From contig JADZGF010000016.1 in the NCBI GenBank assembly GCA_020854065.1, forward strand, positions 20,784 to 84,783: a stretch of DNA of 64,000 bases. Direction: 5' to 3'. The DNA is from Candidatus Nomurabacteria bacterium. GTDB taxonomy: Bacteria; Patescibacteriota; Minisyncoccia; Phycocordibacterales; SBAW01. The position numbers were made by a program, and so were the translations under genes. The notes below the pieces were generated by a model that was not told where the DNA came from, did not search any database, and saw nothing but the letters and a program-made list of their open reading frames with translations. Shown here piece after piece: positions 36,632 to 45,674 of this stretch. Position 1 is the stretch's first letter. The number at the start of each line of letters is the position of its first letter.

Positions 36632-37978
36632 CTAAGATTCAATGTTCCGCAAAAGCTTTCTAATGTTAGGAATATTGGGAATATAAATTTTCTTCCCTTT
36701 TGCTTGTTCTGTCTCAACAAGAAATCCTTTTTTGGTTAGCTGCATGAGATCTTGGCGAGCAGTTTCGTATACCACCCTGTGTTTAACTTGGTGATTCCGA
36801 ATATCTGTTATCTGGTCCCTCTTGTTTTTGAAGTGTCTCAATAATGCAAGCTGTCTATCATTTAGACCTGGCAATTCCTTAGCTGCCTTTTTTAGCTCCT
36901 CTGCCTCCTTAAGCTTTCTTTCGTAATACTGTTTCATCTCGTCTATTGCCTTGCAGGTAACCTCGGCAATATACAAAATGAAATATGTCAGATCGTTATC
37001 ATCTGTCTCCGTATTTAAGAAAGACTGATCGTAGCGTCTCTTGGAAGTTTTTATAATACGAGAAACAGAAAGATACTGGAAAAGCCAGTATCCTTTCTTT
37101 AGGAGGAACCAGTAGAATACTGCCCGCGCAGTACGCCCGTTACCATCCACGAAAGGGTGAAGATATGCAATCCAAAAATGCAGCATGGCGGCCTTAATAA
37201 AAGGATGTAGGAAGTACCCATCACTGTCATTATCTTTGTTGGCAAATTCAATCAGTCGCTTGAGCTCCCTTTTCATTTGTTCTTCTTTTGGAGGAATAAA
37301 AACTACCTCTCCAGTCGCATGGTCAACAACCGCAATTTCGTCTGCGTCGGTGCGGAAACGGCCACCGCCGTCTTTATTTTCTTCATCCAGGGTCTTACTC
37401 GTTATCTTTTTTTGAATATCAAGTAATATCTCCTCGGTAAGATCCAAGTCTTTTAGCTCGTCGAGCAGTTGCATAACCTGATAGTTATTTATGATCATTT
37501 GCTCGCTCTTAGTACGAGGTCTACGACCCGAGTAAAGCATCTCTTTTGCCACCTTCCTCGAGGTATTTGCACCTTCAATCTGACTTGAAGCAATTGCCTC
37601 TTCAATAAGACCGCTCATAATGAGCTGGTCTCTTTGGGCGGGAGTGGCTTCAGTAGAAAGAGTTTTTACCAAACCCGCTGTATGCGTATCAATGATAGAG
37701 AGGCGCCGGGAGAATCCGTTGGTCATGTTATAAGTGAACACTTCCCCATCAATATCCTTAATTGGACTCGATTCAGTGCCAGACCGTGCTCTTAATTTCA
37801 GATATGCCCAAGCTTCCTCAGGTTTAAAGTCCTTAGGAATTTTGTAGTGCCTAAACACATCATAAGTAACGTATTTTTCTTGGGCGTGCTGAATAAGCCC
37901 CTGGAGCTCAGTGGAAACTAAGAGCCTACTTAGGAGGTCTGCATTTAACTTACTTATCCATCTAGTCGGATGCTTCAT
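36632..37978 (-). CDS. fic: Fic/DOC family protein (AMPylator-type) with N-terminal inhibitory motif
   Basis: HPFVDGNGRTARAV Fic motif; SSQIEGANTS matches the [ST]xxxE[GN] inhibitory helix; AT-rich; stop codon abuts the 3' end of tRNA-Lys (convergent). Confidence 0.85.
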   Translation of the reverse strand: MKHPTRWISKLNADLLSRLLVSTELQGLIQHAQEKYVTYDVFRHYKIPKDFKPEEAWAYLKLRARSGTESSPIKDIDGEVFTYNMTNGFSRRLSIIDTHTAGLVKTLSTEATPAQRDQLIMSGLIEEAIASSQIEGANTSRKVAKEMLYSGRRPRTKSEQMIINNYQVMQLLDELKDLDLTEEILLDIQKKITSKTLDEENKDGGGRFRTDADEIAVVDHATGEVVFIPPKEEQMKRELKRLIEFANKDNDSDGYFLHPFIKAAMLHFWIAYLHPFVDGNGRTARAVFYWFLLKKGYWLFQYLSVSRIIKTSKRRYDQSFLNTETDDNDLTYFILYIAEVTCKAIDEMKQYYERKLKEAEELKKAAKELPGLNDRQLALLRHFKNKRDQITDIRNHQVKHRVVYETARQDLMQLTKKGFLVETEQAKGKKIYIPNIPNIRKLLRNIES

Positions 37979-37997
37979 AAAATAGGCTACTACCAGC

Positions 37998-38097
37998 CTT
38001 ACTACTAATTTACCATAAATTAGTAGGTATGCAAGTACTTACTAAATACACCTTAAATAGTAGGTAAAATGGTAGTTTACTTAAAACACTACCTACA
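37998..38097. promoter_or_regulatory. iterated TAGTAGGTA / TACTACTAA direct and inverted repeats in the fic 5' region
   Basis: palindrome TACTACTAATTTA-ccat-AAATTAGTAGGTA (38000-38029); further TAGTAGGTA (38058-38066) and CACTACCTACA (38087-38097) copies. Confidence 0.4.
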
Positions 38098-38626
38098 ATT
38101 TTAAAACAAAACGCTCCAAGAGAAGCTCGAGGTTACCCGCACCCCGATGCGAATCATGGTAGAGCCATGTAAGTTGTCTGGATAGTTTTACATCACGCAT
38201 CTGCCGCGCCTTCCAGCACATAAGACCGGCAACCGCCTCCTCCTTCTCCCCTGCAGCAAAAGACTGTATAAGCCCTAACCACAGTTTTTTACGATCCTTA
38301 GCACCAAGCGCCGCAGCAACACCAAAGTTATCAAACTTCCACTCTTTCTTAACCACCTTTGATTCTTCAATCTTGCCGCCAAGTTTCTCTACCTTGGCAC
38401 GCTCGGCCTTTAACAATTTCTCTTCTTCAAAAATAAAGGTGTGCGGTGATTCCGCGAGCGCATCGAGCATGTCACTGAGCGCCACCAGTGCCCCTGCAAG
38501 CACATACGTTTGATTGCCACCAAAGAGTGCTGGTGTTGATGCCATCGAGACTATTTCGTCATGACTAAGATCTTGCCACTTAAACTCCTCCCCTTTTCCT
38601 TTTTTATTTACAAGAACCTTAATCAT
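38093..38626 (-). CDS. hypothetical protein (weak resemblance to DNA polymerase III delta C-terminal region)
   Basis: 184-aa helical protein directly downstream of polA; assignment speculative. Confidence 0.3.
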   Translation of the reverse strand: MIKVLVNKKGKGEEFKWQDLSHDEIVSMASTPALFGGNQTYVLAGALVALSDMLDALAESPHTFIFEEEKLLKAERAKVEKLGGKIEESKVVKKEWKFDNFGVAAALGAKDRKKLWLGLIQSFAAGEKEEAVAGLMCWKARQMRDVKLSRQLTWLYHDSHRGAGNLELLLERFVLKL

Positions 38627-40980
38627 AGTTTTTGCATATCGCCCCAATCGTCTCCCACCTTACCCTCTACTGTTACTGGCACACCACGACTCTCTTTTTC
38701 AGGCATCACACTCTCCATGATTTTTTTAATACGTGGTGCATATTCGGAAACCTTGTCTTCAGGCATCTCAAACACCAAATCGTCGTGTACTTGCAACAGC
38801 AATATCCCTGGCATTTCTTTATCAACCTCAATCATCGCAAGCTTAATGATATCGGCCGAAGTGCCTTGTAGTGGTGCATTGATTGCCATACGCTCAGCTG
38901 CTGCGCGCACGTATGGTATCGGTGATTTAATGCCATCCATGTAGCGGCGGCGACCGAAGAGCGTTTGCGTATAACCTGTTCGTGCCGCATCTGCTTTTAC
39001 CTCATCGAGAAATGCGGCAAGCCGAGGAAAGGCTGCAAAATATTGGTTATAAAATTCTTGGGCTTCTTTGCGGTTCGTACCCAATGACTGCTGCAGTGAG
39101 GTAACTCCCATGCCATAGAGGATTCCGAAGTTAATAACTTTGGCACGACGACGCTGCTCGTACTCAGGAAGCGATGAGTCTTTCCCAAACACACGCGCCG
39201 CAACTTCGGTATGTACGTCACGACCATCTTTAAAAATCTGCACTAACGCTGGGTCATCTGAAAGTATTGCGGCTAAGCGCAGTTCAATCTGGCTATAGTC
39301 AAACGACACCAACTTATTCCCCTTCTCTGCCACAAACCCATGGCGGATCGCACGACCTAGTTCACTTTTGATAGGAATATTTTGGAGGTTTGGATCGACT
39401 GACGCCATACGCCCAGTTGCTGCACCGATTTGTACATAGCGTGTATGAATACGATCCTTGTTATCCGCAAGCGAAGGAAGTGCATCAATGTAGGTAGAGA
39501 GTAGTTTAGAGAGCTCACGATATGACAACACATCTTCAATGATGGGATGCTCGTCTTTAAGCTTCTGTAGTTCAGACTCCCGAGTTGAGCGCTGACCACC
39601 TGCGGTTTTCTTCTTCGTATCAAGCCCTAATTTGTCGAACAGTACTTCCCCAAGCTGTTTCGGTGATCCAATATTAAATTCCGTACCTGCATGTGCATAG
39701 ATACGTTTCGCTATTTTCTCGAGTTCTGTCGAATATTCTTTTGAGAGTTTCTTCAAAAACTCTTTATCAATCTTGATGCCGCGTGCTTCCATGCCACGCA
39801 ATACCGGAGAAAGTGGCAACTCAACCTTTTCATACACAAAGGTCATTCCCTCTGCTTCAATCTGCTTCTCGAGATTACTGAATGCTTCGGCAAAATCATC
39901 CGACTTACCCATACGCAACACATCTTCAAGCCCTGCTTCAGAAATAGTGCTGTCGAGTACAGACACTGCAACCTGCGCACGTAGAAACTGCTCTTGTGGG
40001 ACCGTGCTCGCAAAGAGCCCCTCCTTACTCTCAATTGCCGGTTCTGGAATATCAGTTGCACCGAGAATAGTTTTTACACGCGGCACCAGTGCTCGAAATT
40101 CAAACTCTGCCAACATATCCAGTGCGCGGCGTGCATCAGATCCTTCGCGCCATGTTTGTGTAGGGATTTCAAAATCAATCGGCACATCGCGGCGAATAGT
40201 CGCGAGCAATTTACTAAACTCAGCTTCTTCTTTGTGTTTGGCAACCAACTCTACAAAACGTTTTTGTACACCAGTCGCTGCGGACACACCCTCAACGCCT
40301 TCTTTTTTAATCGCTGCATACACCGCCTTCAGCGATCCATACTTTTGCAAAAGTTTTAACGCACTTCCCTCACCCACTCCTGGTACTCCTTTTATGTTGT
40401 CTGAAGGATCACCTGCAATACCTTTGAGGTCAGGTACACAGAGTGGACCGAAACCGTATCGCTCTTGTACACGCTCTTCGTCGTACATAACGGTGTCGTT
40501 AAGACCTTTGCCCATAGTGAAGACGCGCACCCGTGCTCCTTCAACCAACTGGAGCGCATCTTTATCGCCTGAGGCGATAATCATCTCGAGATCTTTTTTC
40601 TTTTTTACTTTCTCAACAACAGTGCCGATGACGTCGTCAGCTTCAAAAGTCTCTGCCGAGTACACCGGTACCCCAAACGCCCGAAGTACATCTGGCGCGC
40701 GTTTAAGCTGCTCTACGAGTGCATCATCAGTCTCAGCACGAGTACCTTTATAGTCTTTGTACACTGCATCGCGGAATGTCTCTCCCGGCAAATCTACCGC
40801 AGCCACAATATAGTCAGGGCGTAGATCATTAATGATTTTGATAAGCATTGAGAGAAGCCCATAGAGTCCGCCCGTCGGCATACCTTTACTCGAACTAAAA
40901 TCTGGCAACGCGTGATACGCCCGATGCAAAATGGCATGGGTATCTAAAATGACGAGCCGTTTTTTATCTTCCTTCGCCAT
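38623..40980 (-). CDS. polA: DNA polymerase I (5'-3' exonuclease + polymerase; 3'-5' exonuclease region reduced)
   Basis: N-terminal FEN domain (LVILDTHAILHRAYHA), polymerase motifs A/B/C (DYSQIELR, RRRAKVINFGILYG, VHDDLVFE); only 785 aa. Confidence 0.9.
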   Translation of the reverse strand: MAKEDKKRLVILDTHAILHRAYHALPDFSSSKGMPTGGLYGLLSMLIKIINDLRPDYIVAAVDLPGETFRDAVYKDYKGTRAETDDALVEQLKRAPDVLRAFGVPVYSAETFEADDVIGTVVEKVKKKKDLEMIIASGDKDALQLVEGARVRVFTMGKGLNDTVMYDEERVQERYGFGPLCVPDLKGIAGDPSDNIKGVPGVGEGSALKLLQKYGSLKAVYAAIKKEGVEGVSAATGVQKRFVELVAKHKEEAEFSKLLATIRRDVPIDFEIPTQTWREGSDARRALDMLAEFEFRALVPRVKTILGATDIPEPAIESKEGLFASTVPQEQFLRAQVAVSVLDSTISEAGLEDVLRMGKSDDFAEAFSNLEKQIEAEGMTFVYEKVELPLSPVLRGMEARGIKIDKEFLKKLSKEYSTELEKIAKRIYAHAGTEFNIGSPKQLGEVLFDKLGLDTKKKTAGGQRSTRESELQKLKDEHPIIEDVLSYRELSKLLSTYIDALPSLADNKDRIHTRYVQIGAATGRMASVDPNLQNIPIKSELGRAIRHGFVAEKGNKLVSFDYSQIELRLAAILSDDPALVQIFKDGRDVHTEVAARVFGKDSSLPEYEQRRRAKVINFGILYGMGVTSLQQSLGTNRKEAQEFYNQYFAAFPRLAAFLDEVKADAARTGYTQTLFGRRRYMDGIKSPIPYVRAAAERMAINAPLQGTSADIIKLAMIEVDKEMPGILLLQVHDDLVFEMPEDKVSEYAPRIKKIMESVMPEKESRGVPVTVEGKVGDDWGDMQKL

Positions 40981-40984
40981 ATAT

Positions 40985-41470
40985 CTATTGTTTCATATCG
41001 TCCCCCGTCTCCATATGTATCTCTCGCTCCATCTCCCCCACCCCTTCACCACTAAAGCGAAGAGTGATGTCTGCAGGCGGAAGCAATGTACCTGCCTTCT
41101 CTGGCCACTCTATCAACACCAACGCCTTAGGGTCGTTTAGAAACTCTTCGGGTCGAAGGGTCTTAAACTCCTCTGGAGTCTCAAGCCGGTATGCATCGAT
41201 ATGAATAAGTCGGTTATAGCGGCGTGGTCTGCCAAAGGAGGTTCGGTCCCCTTCAAATGGATAGGACTTCATCAGTACATAGGTCGGACTTTGCACCACA
41301 TCGTTAATCCCGAGCTTGCGTGCAAACTCCTGCACAAACGTTGTTTTGCCTGAGCCCAAGTCGCCAGAGAGCGTCACCAGCGTGGCCGAATCCTTCTCAG
41401 GGAGCAACGAAAGCGCCGCCAGGACATTCCCGACAAAGTACGATAGCTCATATATCGGTACGACAGTCAT
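40985..41470 (-). CDS. tsaE: tRNA t6A biosynthesis ATPase TsaE
   Basis: LSGDLGSGKTTFVQ Walker A, YjeE family length. Confidence 0.85.
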   Translation of the reverse strand: MTVVPIYELSYFVGNVLAALSLLPEKDSATLVTLSGDLGSGKTTFVQEFARKLGINDVVQSPTYVLMKSYPFEGDRTSFGRPRRYNRLIHIDAYRLETPEEFKTLRPEEFLNDPKALVLIEWPEKAGTLLPPADITLRFSGEGVGEMEREIHMETGDDMKQ

Positions 41471-41496
41471 GCCGGGCAGTATACAATATATACATT

Positions 41497-43176
41497 ATGG
41501 TGGTCTTTAATGACGCTGAACAGCAGAAGCGGATCGATTTTCTTAGACGACGCGAAGAGGAGGAGCTGGCACAAATGCTCTCGGTTAAATACGGCGTCGA
41601 ATATGTCGACCTCTCTTTGGTTGCCGTGAATACCGATGCCTTACGTGTTATTACCGAAGCCGAGGCAAAAGATGCCGAAGCGGCAGCGTTTGGCCGGGTT
41701 GCAAAACGTCTCAGTGTTGCCGTGCGTGCACCGGAGAATCCAAAAGTAAAAGCGTTGGTAGAAAAACTCACTGAGCAAGGATACGAAGTACAGCTCTATA
41801 TGTGCTCACAAGAAAGTTTGCGGCGTGCATACCAGCGCTACGCAGATCTCTCGTACGCTACCGAAACGAAAGCAGGTGTCTTTGAACTCTCCCCTCAAGA
41901 ATTGGAGCAGCTCATCGCAACCGTGCACAGCCTCGGCGACATCGGCAAACAAATTAGCGAAGCGATTGAACTGAAGCGTGCATACCGCATCACCCGCATA
42001 CTCGAAGTAGTACTTGCAGGCGGCATGGCAACCGGCGCTTCCGACATCCACATGGAGCCTGAAGAAACGAGTGTGCGGTTGCGATACCGTCTCGACGGCG
42101 TATTAACCGATGTCATCACACTAGATCACGAAACATATCGATTAATGCTCTCGCGCATTAAGCTCCTCTCGGGACTGAAACTCAACATCACTGACGAAGC
42201 ACAAGACGGCCGCTTCTCTATCAAAGTAAAAGGTGATGATATTGAAATTCGTACTTCTATACTGCCGGGCAACTATGCAGAGACGGTTGTAATGCGCTTA
42301 CTTAATCCTAAGTCAATTGGTGTACCACTTGAAGAACTCGGTATCGAGCCGAAACTCCTTGCACAAATTCTGAAACAGATCGAAAAACCAAACGGCATGA
42401 TACTTACCACCGGCCCTACCGGCTCGGGTAAGACCACGACACTGTATGCATTTTTACGAAAAGTAAATTCTTCCGGCAGTAAAATCATCACCATCGAAGA
42501 TCCAATCGAGTATCACCTGCCCGGTATCGTACAAACACAGATCGACAAAAAGACGTATACCTTCGCGAGCGGACTCCGTTCTGCGCTCCGGCAAGACCCA
42601 GACATCATTATGGTCGGCGAGATCCGTGACGGTGAAGTGGCGGAAGTCGCCATCAATGCCGCACTCACCGGTCACTTGGTATTTTCAACACTCCACACTA
42701 ACAACGCTCCCGGCTCCTTCCCTCGCCTCATTGATCTTGGTGTCGATGAGAAAGTTATCAGCTCGGCAGTATCAGTTGCACTTGCACAACGTTTGGTACG
42801 CAAACTCTGCCAACACTGCAAAGTCGAACGTGACCCTACCCCAGAAGAAAAAGCAGTAATCGACAAACATGTGGCGGCTATAACTGACAAATCGCTCGTC
42901 CCCACAGATGCTCACAAGGTATTTGATGCAAAAAAAGAAGGATGCCCTGAGTGTGGCAACCGTGGATACCGCGGACGCATCGGTGTATTCGAAGCAGTCT
43001 TCATGGATAGCGCCATTGAGACCGTATTGCGTAATAAACCTTCAGAACGTGAGATTGCAGCTGCAGCGCTTTCCCAGAACATCCCCACCATGCCTCAAGA
43101 CGGAATCCTAAAAGTATTGCGTGGTATCACTTCCCTAGAGGAATTGACTCGCGTTGTCGACTTGGACACGCAATAA
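41497..43176 (+). CDS. pilB: type IV pilus / type II secretion assembly ATPase (PilB/GspE family)
   Basis: N-terminal GspII_E domain, Walker A LTTGPTGSGKTT, Asp box, His box, C-terminal CxxC...CxxC zinc motif; start at Met60 of track ORF. Confidence 0.85.
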   Translation: MVVFNDAEQQKRIDFLRRREEEELAQMLSVKYGVEYVDLSLVAVNTDALRVITEAEAKDAEAAAFGRVAKRLSVAVRAPENPKVKALVEKLTEQGYEVQLYMCSQESLRRAYQRYADLSYATETKAGVFELSPQELEQLIATVHSLGDIGKQISEAIELKRAYRITRILEVVLAGGMATGASDIHMEPEETSVRLRYRLDGVLTDVITLDHETYRLMLSRIKLLSGLKLNITDEAQDGRFSIKVKGDDIEIRTSILPGNYAETVVMRLLNPKSIGVPLEELGIEPKLLAQILKQIEKPNGMILTTGPTGSGKTTTLYAFLRKVNSSGSKIITIEDPIEYHLPGIVQTQIDKKTYTFASGLRSALRQDPDIIMVGEIRDGEVAEVAINAALTGHLVFSTLHTNNAPGSFPRLIDLGVDEKVISSAVSVALAQRLVRKLCQHCKVERDPTPEEKAVIDKHVAAITDKSLVPTDAHKVFDAKKEGCPECGNRGYRGRIGVFEAVFMDSAIETVLRNKPSEREIAAAALSQNIPTMPQDGILKVLRGITSLEELTRVVDLDTQ

Positions 43177-43447
43177 GAAAATCCGCAACGTTGCGTTGCG
43201 GATTCTCCGGTGTAGAGTTGAAAAAGTTAGAGGGAGTATACCACCAAGCAATACGCACTATCGCAAGCGATAGAGTGGAGACGAAACCTAAGGATAGGAC
43301 CCGCGGATTTGCATAAAACAAACGCCAGTTCGTCCTCGACAAAGCTCCGACCGGTAAGGGTTGTATTGCTTGAGGGTATACTCTCCCCAACAAAAAGGCT
43401 CCCCTCAATGGGAGCAGCTAACAGTAGCCTAGCACAGCATTATTTAC
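43177..43447 (+). other. 270-nt hairpin-rich intergenic region (candidate structured RNA or terminator + ruvB leader)
   Basis: 10-bp perfect hairpin ATCCGCAACG/CGTTGCGGAT at 43181-43203; CACTATCG..CGATAGAGTG and GCTCCC..GGGAGC hairpins; 43232-43246 nearly complementary to 43371-43389. Confidence 0.25.
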
Positions 43448-44461
43448 ATGTCAAGCGACGCAGAAGCCCCTGGAGTAGAGCCCATCTTTTTAGATGTAAC
43501 CCTCCGCCCTGCGTCGTGGGATGAATATGTCGGGCAAGAAGCGGTTAAAAACAACCTCCATATCCTTATTAGCGCTGCAAAAGAGCGCTCTACCCCACCG
43601 GAACACATCCTCTTTTACGGCCCACCAGGTCTTGGTAAGACCACACTCGCTCATCTCATCGCACGAGAACTCGGAGGCGCTCTGCGTTCCACTTCAGGCC
43701 CTGCAATAGAACGCGTGGGCGATCTCGCAGCACTCCTTACCAACATGAGCGCGGGTGATATTTTGTTTATCGACGAAATTCATCGCCTCCCCCGCTCAAT
43801 AGAGGAAGTACTCTACCCCGCCATGGAGTCTGGGGTCCTTAACATCATCATCGGCAAAGGACCATCTGCACGCACCATCGAACTTCCTTTACCGCCGTTC
43901 ACCCTTGTTGCCGCAACTACTCGTGTCGCGGATCTCTCTGCCCCATTACGGAGTCGCTTTTCGGGCGGTGTATTTCGCCTCGAGTTTTATAGCGAAGATG
44001 ACATTGCAAAGATCGTAGATCGCTCTGCGAAGATTCTTGGTGTGGAAGTAGATAGCGGCGGTGTCCGCGAAATTGCAAAACGTTCACGCGCAACACCACG
44101 TACTGCAAACTATCTTCTTAAACGTGCGCGCGACTACGCGCAATTGAAGCGTGAGAAACTCTCAAGCAAAACAGTGAGCGAGTCCCTCGGCATGCTTGAG
44201 GTGGATGAGTTAGGACTTACGCCACTTGATCGCAAACTTCTTGCTGCGCTTATTGATCGCTTTAACGGTGGTCCTGCCGGCGTACAAGCACTTGCTGCGG
44301 CGCTCTCTGAAGAGCCTTCAACTGTCTCAGAAGTACATGAACCATTCCTTTTACAGCTCGGCCTTATCGAACGCACCCCTCGTGGCCGTATTGCCACCAA
44401 GAAAGCATACGAACATTTGGGCAAAACCCCACCAAAAGATTTGAACGAGCGGCTCCTTTAA
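43448..44461 (+). CDS. ruvB: Holliday junction DNA helicase RuvB
   Basis: GPPGLGKTTLAHLIA Walker A, DEIHRL, sensor motifs, winged-helix C-terminus. Confidence 0.9.
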   Translation: MSSDAEAPGVEPIFLDVTLRPASWDEYVGQEAVKNNLHILISAAKERSTPPEHILFYGPPGLGKTTLAHLIARELGGALRSTSGPAIERVGDLAALLTNMSAGDILFIDEIHRLPRSIEEVLYPAMESGVLNIIIGKGPSARTIELPLPPFTLVAATTRVADLSAPLRSRFSGGVFRLEFYSEDDIAKIVDRSAKILGVEVDSGGVREIAKRSRATPRTANYLLKRARDYAQLKREKLSSKTVSESLGMLEVDELGLTPLDRKLLAALIDRFNGGPAGVQALAAALSEEPSTVSEVHEPFLLQLGLIERTPRGRIATKKAYEHLGKTPPKDLNERLL

Positions 44462-44475
44462 GGTACAAAAGACAC

Positions 44476-45000
44476 ATGGCAGGACATAGCAAGTGGGCAA
44501 AACTTAAACACACCAAGGGCAAGACTGATGCACAAAAAGCAAAGCTTTTTAGTAAGTTGGTAAAGATAATTGGGATCGAGCTAAAAAAAGCCAAGGGAGA
44601 TAAGACTGCTCCTGGTGTACGCACGGCGATAGAAAAGGCTGCGGCAGCGAACATGCCGAAAGACAATATCGAGCGTGCACTTGCTAAGTCTGATGAAAAA
44701 GAACTCGAACATGTCGTGTACGAAGCATACGGCCCTGGCGGCTGCGCCCTCATCATCGAAGGCTACACCGACTCTCGTAACCGCACCTCTGCAGAACTGA
44801 AACATCTCTTGAGCGAATATGGTGGCTCACTCGCGACTCCTGGCGCTGCTATGTGGGCGTTTCAAAAAAATGCTGAAGGAGTACTTGAACCTATTTCCCC
44901 TCTCGAACTCTCGGATGAGGATGCACAGAAAATGGCGGAACTCTCTGACGCGCTTGAAGAACATGATGATGTGAGCGAGGTGTATACTTCTGCTGCATGA
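44476..45000 (+). CDS. yebC: YebC/PmpR family protein (short form)
   Basis: MAGHSKWAKLKHTKGKTDAQKAKLFSKL N-terminus. Confidence 0.8.
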   Translation: MAGHSKWAKLKHTKGKTDAQKAKLFSKLVKIIGIELKKAKGDKTAPGVRTAIEKAAAANMPKDNIERALAKSDEKELEHVVYEAYGPGGCALIIEGYTDSRNRTSAELKHLLSEYGGSLATPGAAMWAFQKNAEGVLEPISPLELSDEDAQKMAELSDALEEHDDVSEVYTSAA

Positions 45001-45467
45001 GAATACTGGCCTTCGATCCCGGCTACGAACGTCTTGGTGTAGCGGTGCTAGAAAAAGAAAACGGCAAAGAAATTCTTCTCCATTCAGCCTGCATACAAAC
45101 CTCGGCAAAACTCGACTTTCCTACACGCCTTAGTGAACTTGGTGCTGCAACCCTGCATCTCATCAAAGAATGGAGCCCTAATGGGGTTGCGCTTGAGAAA
45201 GTGTTCTTCACCAACAATAGTAAAACTGCTATGCAGATCGCTGAGGTGCGCGGCATGCTTATCTATCTCGCCGCAACACATCAACTCACGATCCACCAAT
45301 ACACCCCAAACGAGGTCAAAGTTGCGGTGACCGGCAGTGGCCGTGCGGACAAAACAGCAATCGCGCTCATGGTGCCCAAATTAGTGGCAATTTCTAGAGG
45401 GAAGCGCCTTGACGACGAGCTCGATGCTATTGCCGTGGGGATTACTTGTCTTGCAAGCGTGCGTTAA
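44997..45467 (+). CDS. ruvC: crossover junction endodeoxyribonuclease RuvC
   Basis: MRILAFDPGYERLGVAV and downstream catalytic acidic residues. Confidence 0.85.
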   Translation: MRILAFDPGYERLGVAVLEKENGKEILLHSACIQTSAKLDFPTRLSELGAATLHLIKEWSPNGVALEKVFFTNNSKTAMQIAEVRGMLIYLAATHQLTIHQYTPNEVKVAVTGSGRADKTAIALMVPKLVAISRGKRLDDELDAIAVGITCLASVR

Positions 45468-45514
45468 TTTGATACAAATCGGGGGTACGTTTTTACCAAA
45501 TAAAAAATTGACGT

Positions 45515-45643
45515 ATGAACGAAGAGTTCAAAGAAGAGTTCTTGCTCGATGATCCGGAGGCAGAGGGTATTGATGTTCCCGCAGACGACGAGTCGGATGA
45601 CGAGGACGAAGAGGCAGATCCTGCCGCCGACGAGACTATATAA
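45515..45643 (+). CDS. small highly acidic protein (42 aa), hypothetical
   Basis: MNEEFKEEFLLDDPEAEGIDVPADDESDDEDEEADPAADETI; followed immediately by a strong terminator; no clear RBS. Confidence 0.3.
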   Translation: MNEEFKEEFLLDDPEAEGIDVPADDESDDEDEEADPAADETI

Positions 45644-45645
45644 CT

Positions 45646-45674
45646 AAAAACCCCCGCCAACCGGCGGGGTTTTA
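45646..45674. terminator. bidirectional terminator shared by small acidic ORF and tyrS
   Basis: aaaaa-CCCCGCC-aacc-GGCGGGG-tttt. Confidence 0.6.

Noticed and set aside
37979-38092. Searched for an attR-type direct repeat of the tRNA-Lys 3' end at the far side of the fic islet
   Set aside because: No copy of GGTTCGAATCCAAGTGGGCGCA-like sequence found; region instead carries the TAGTAGGTA operator-like repeats.
39773-40753. 326-aa Ser/Thr-rich ORF on the plus strand inside polA
   Set aside because: Antisense shadow of polA; no motifs, low complexity.
43127-43408. 93-aa minus-strand ORF and 71-aa plus-strand ORF inside the pilB-ruvB spacer
   Set aside because: No start context or family resemblance; the region is dominated by hairpins and is more likely RNA structure or terminator than coding.
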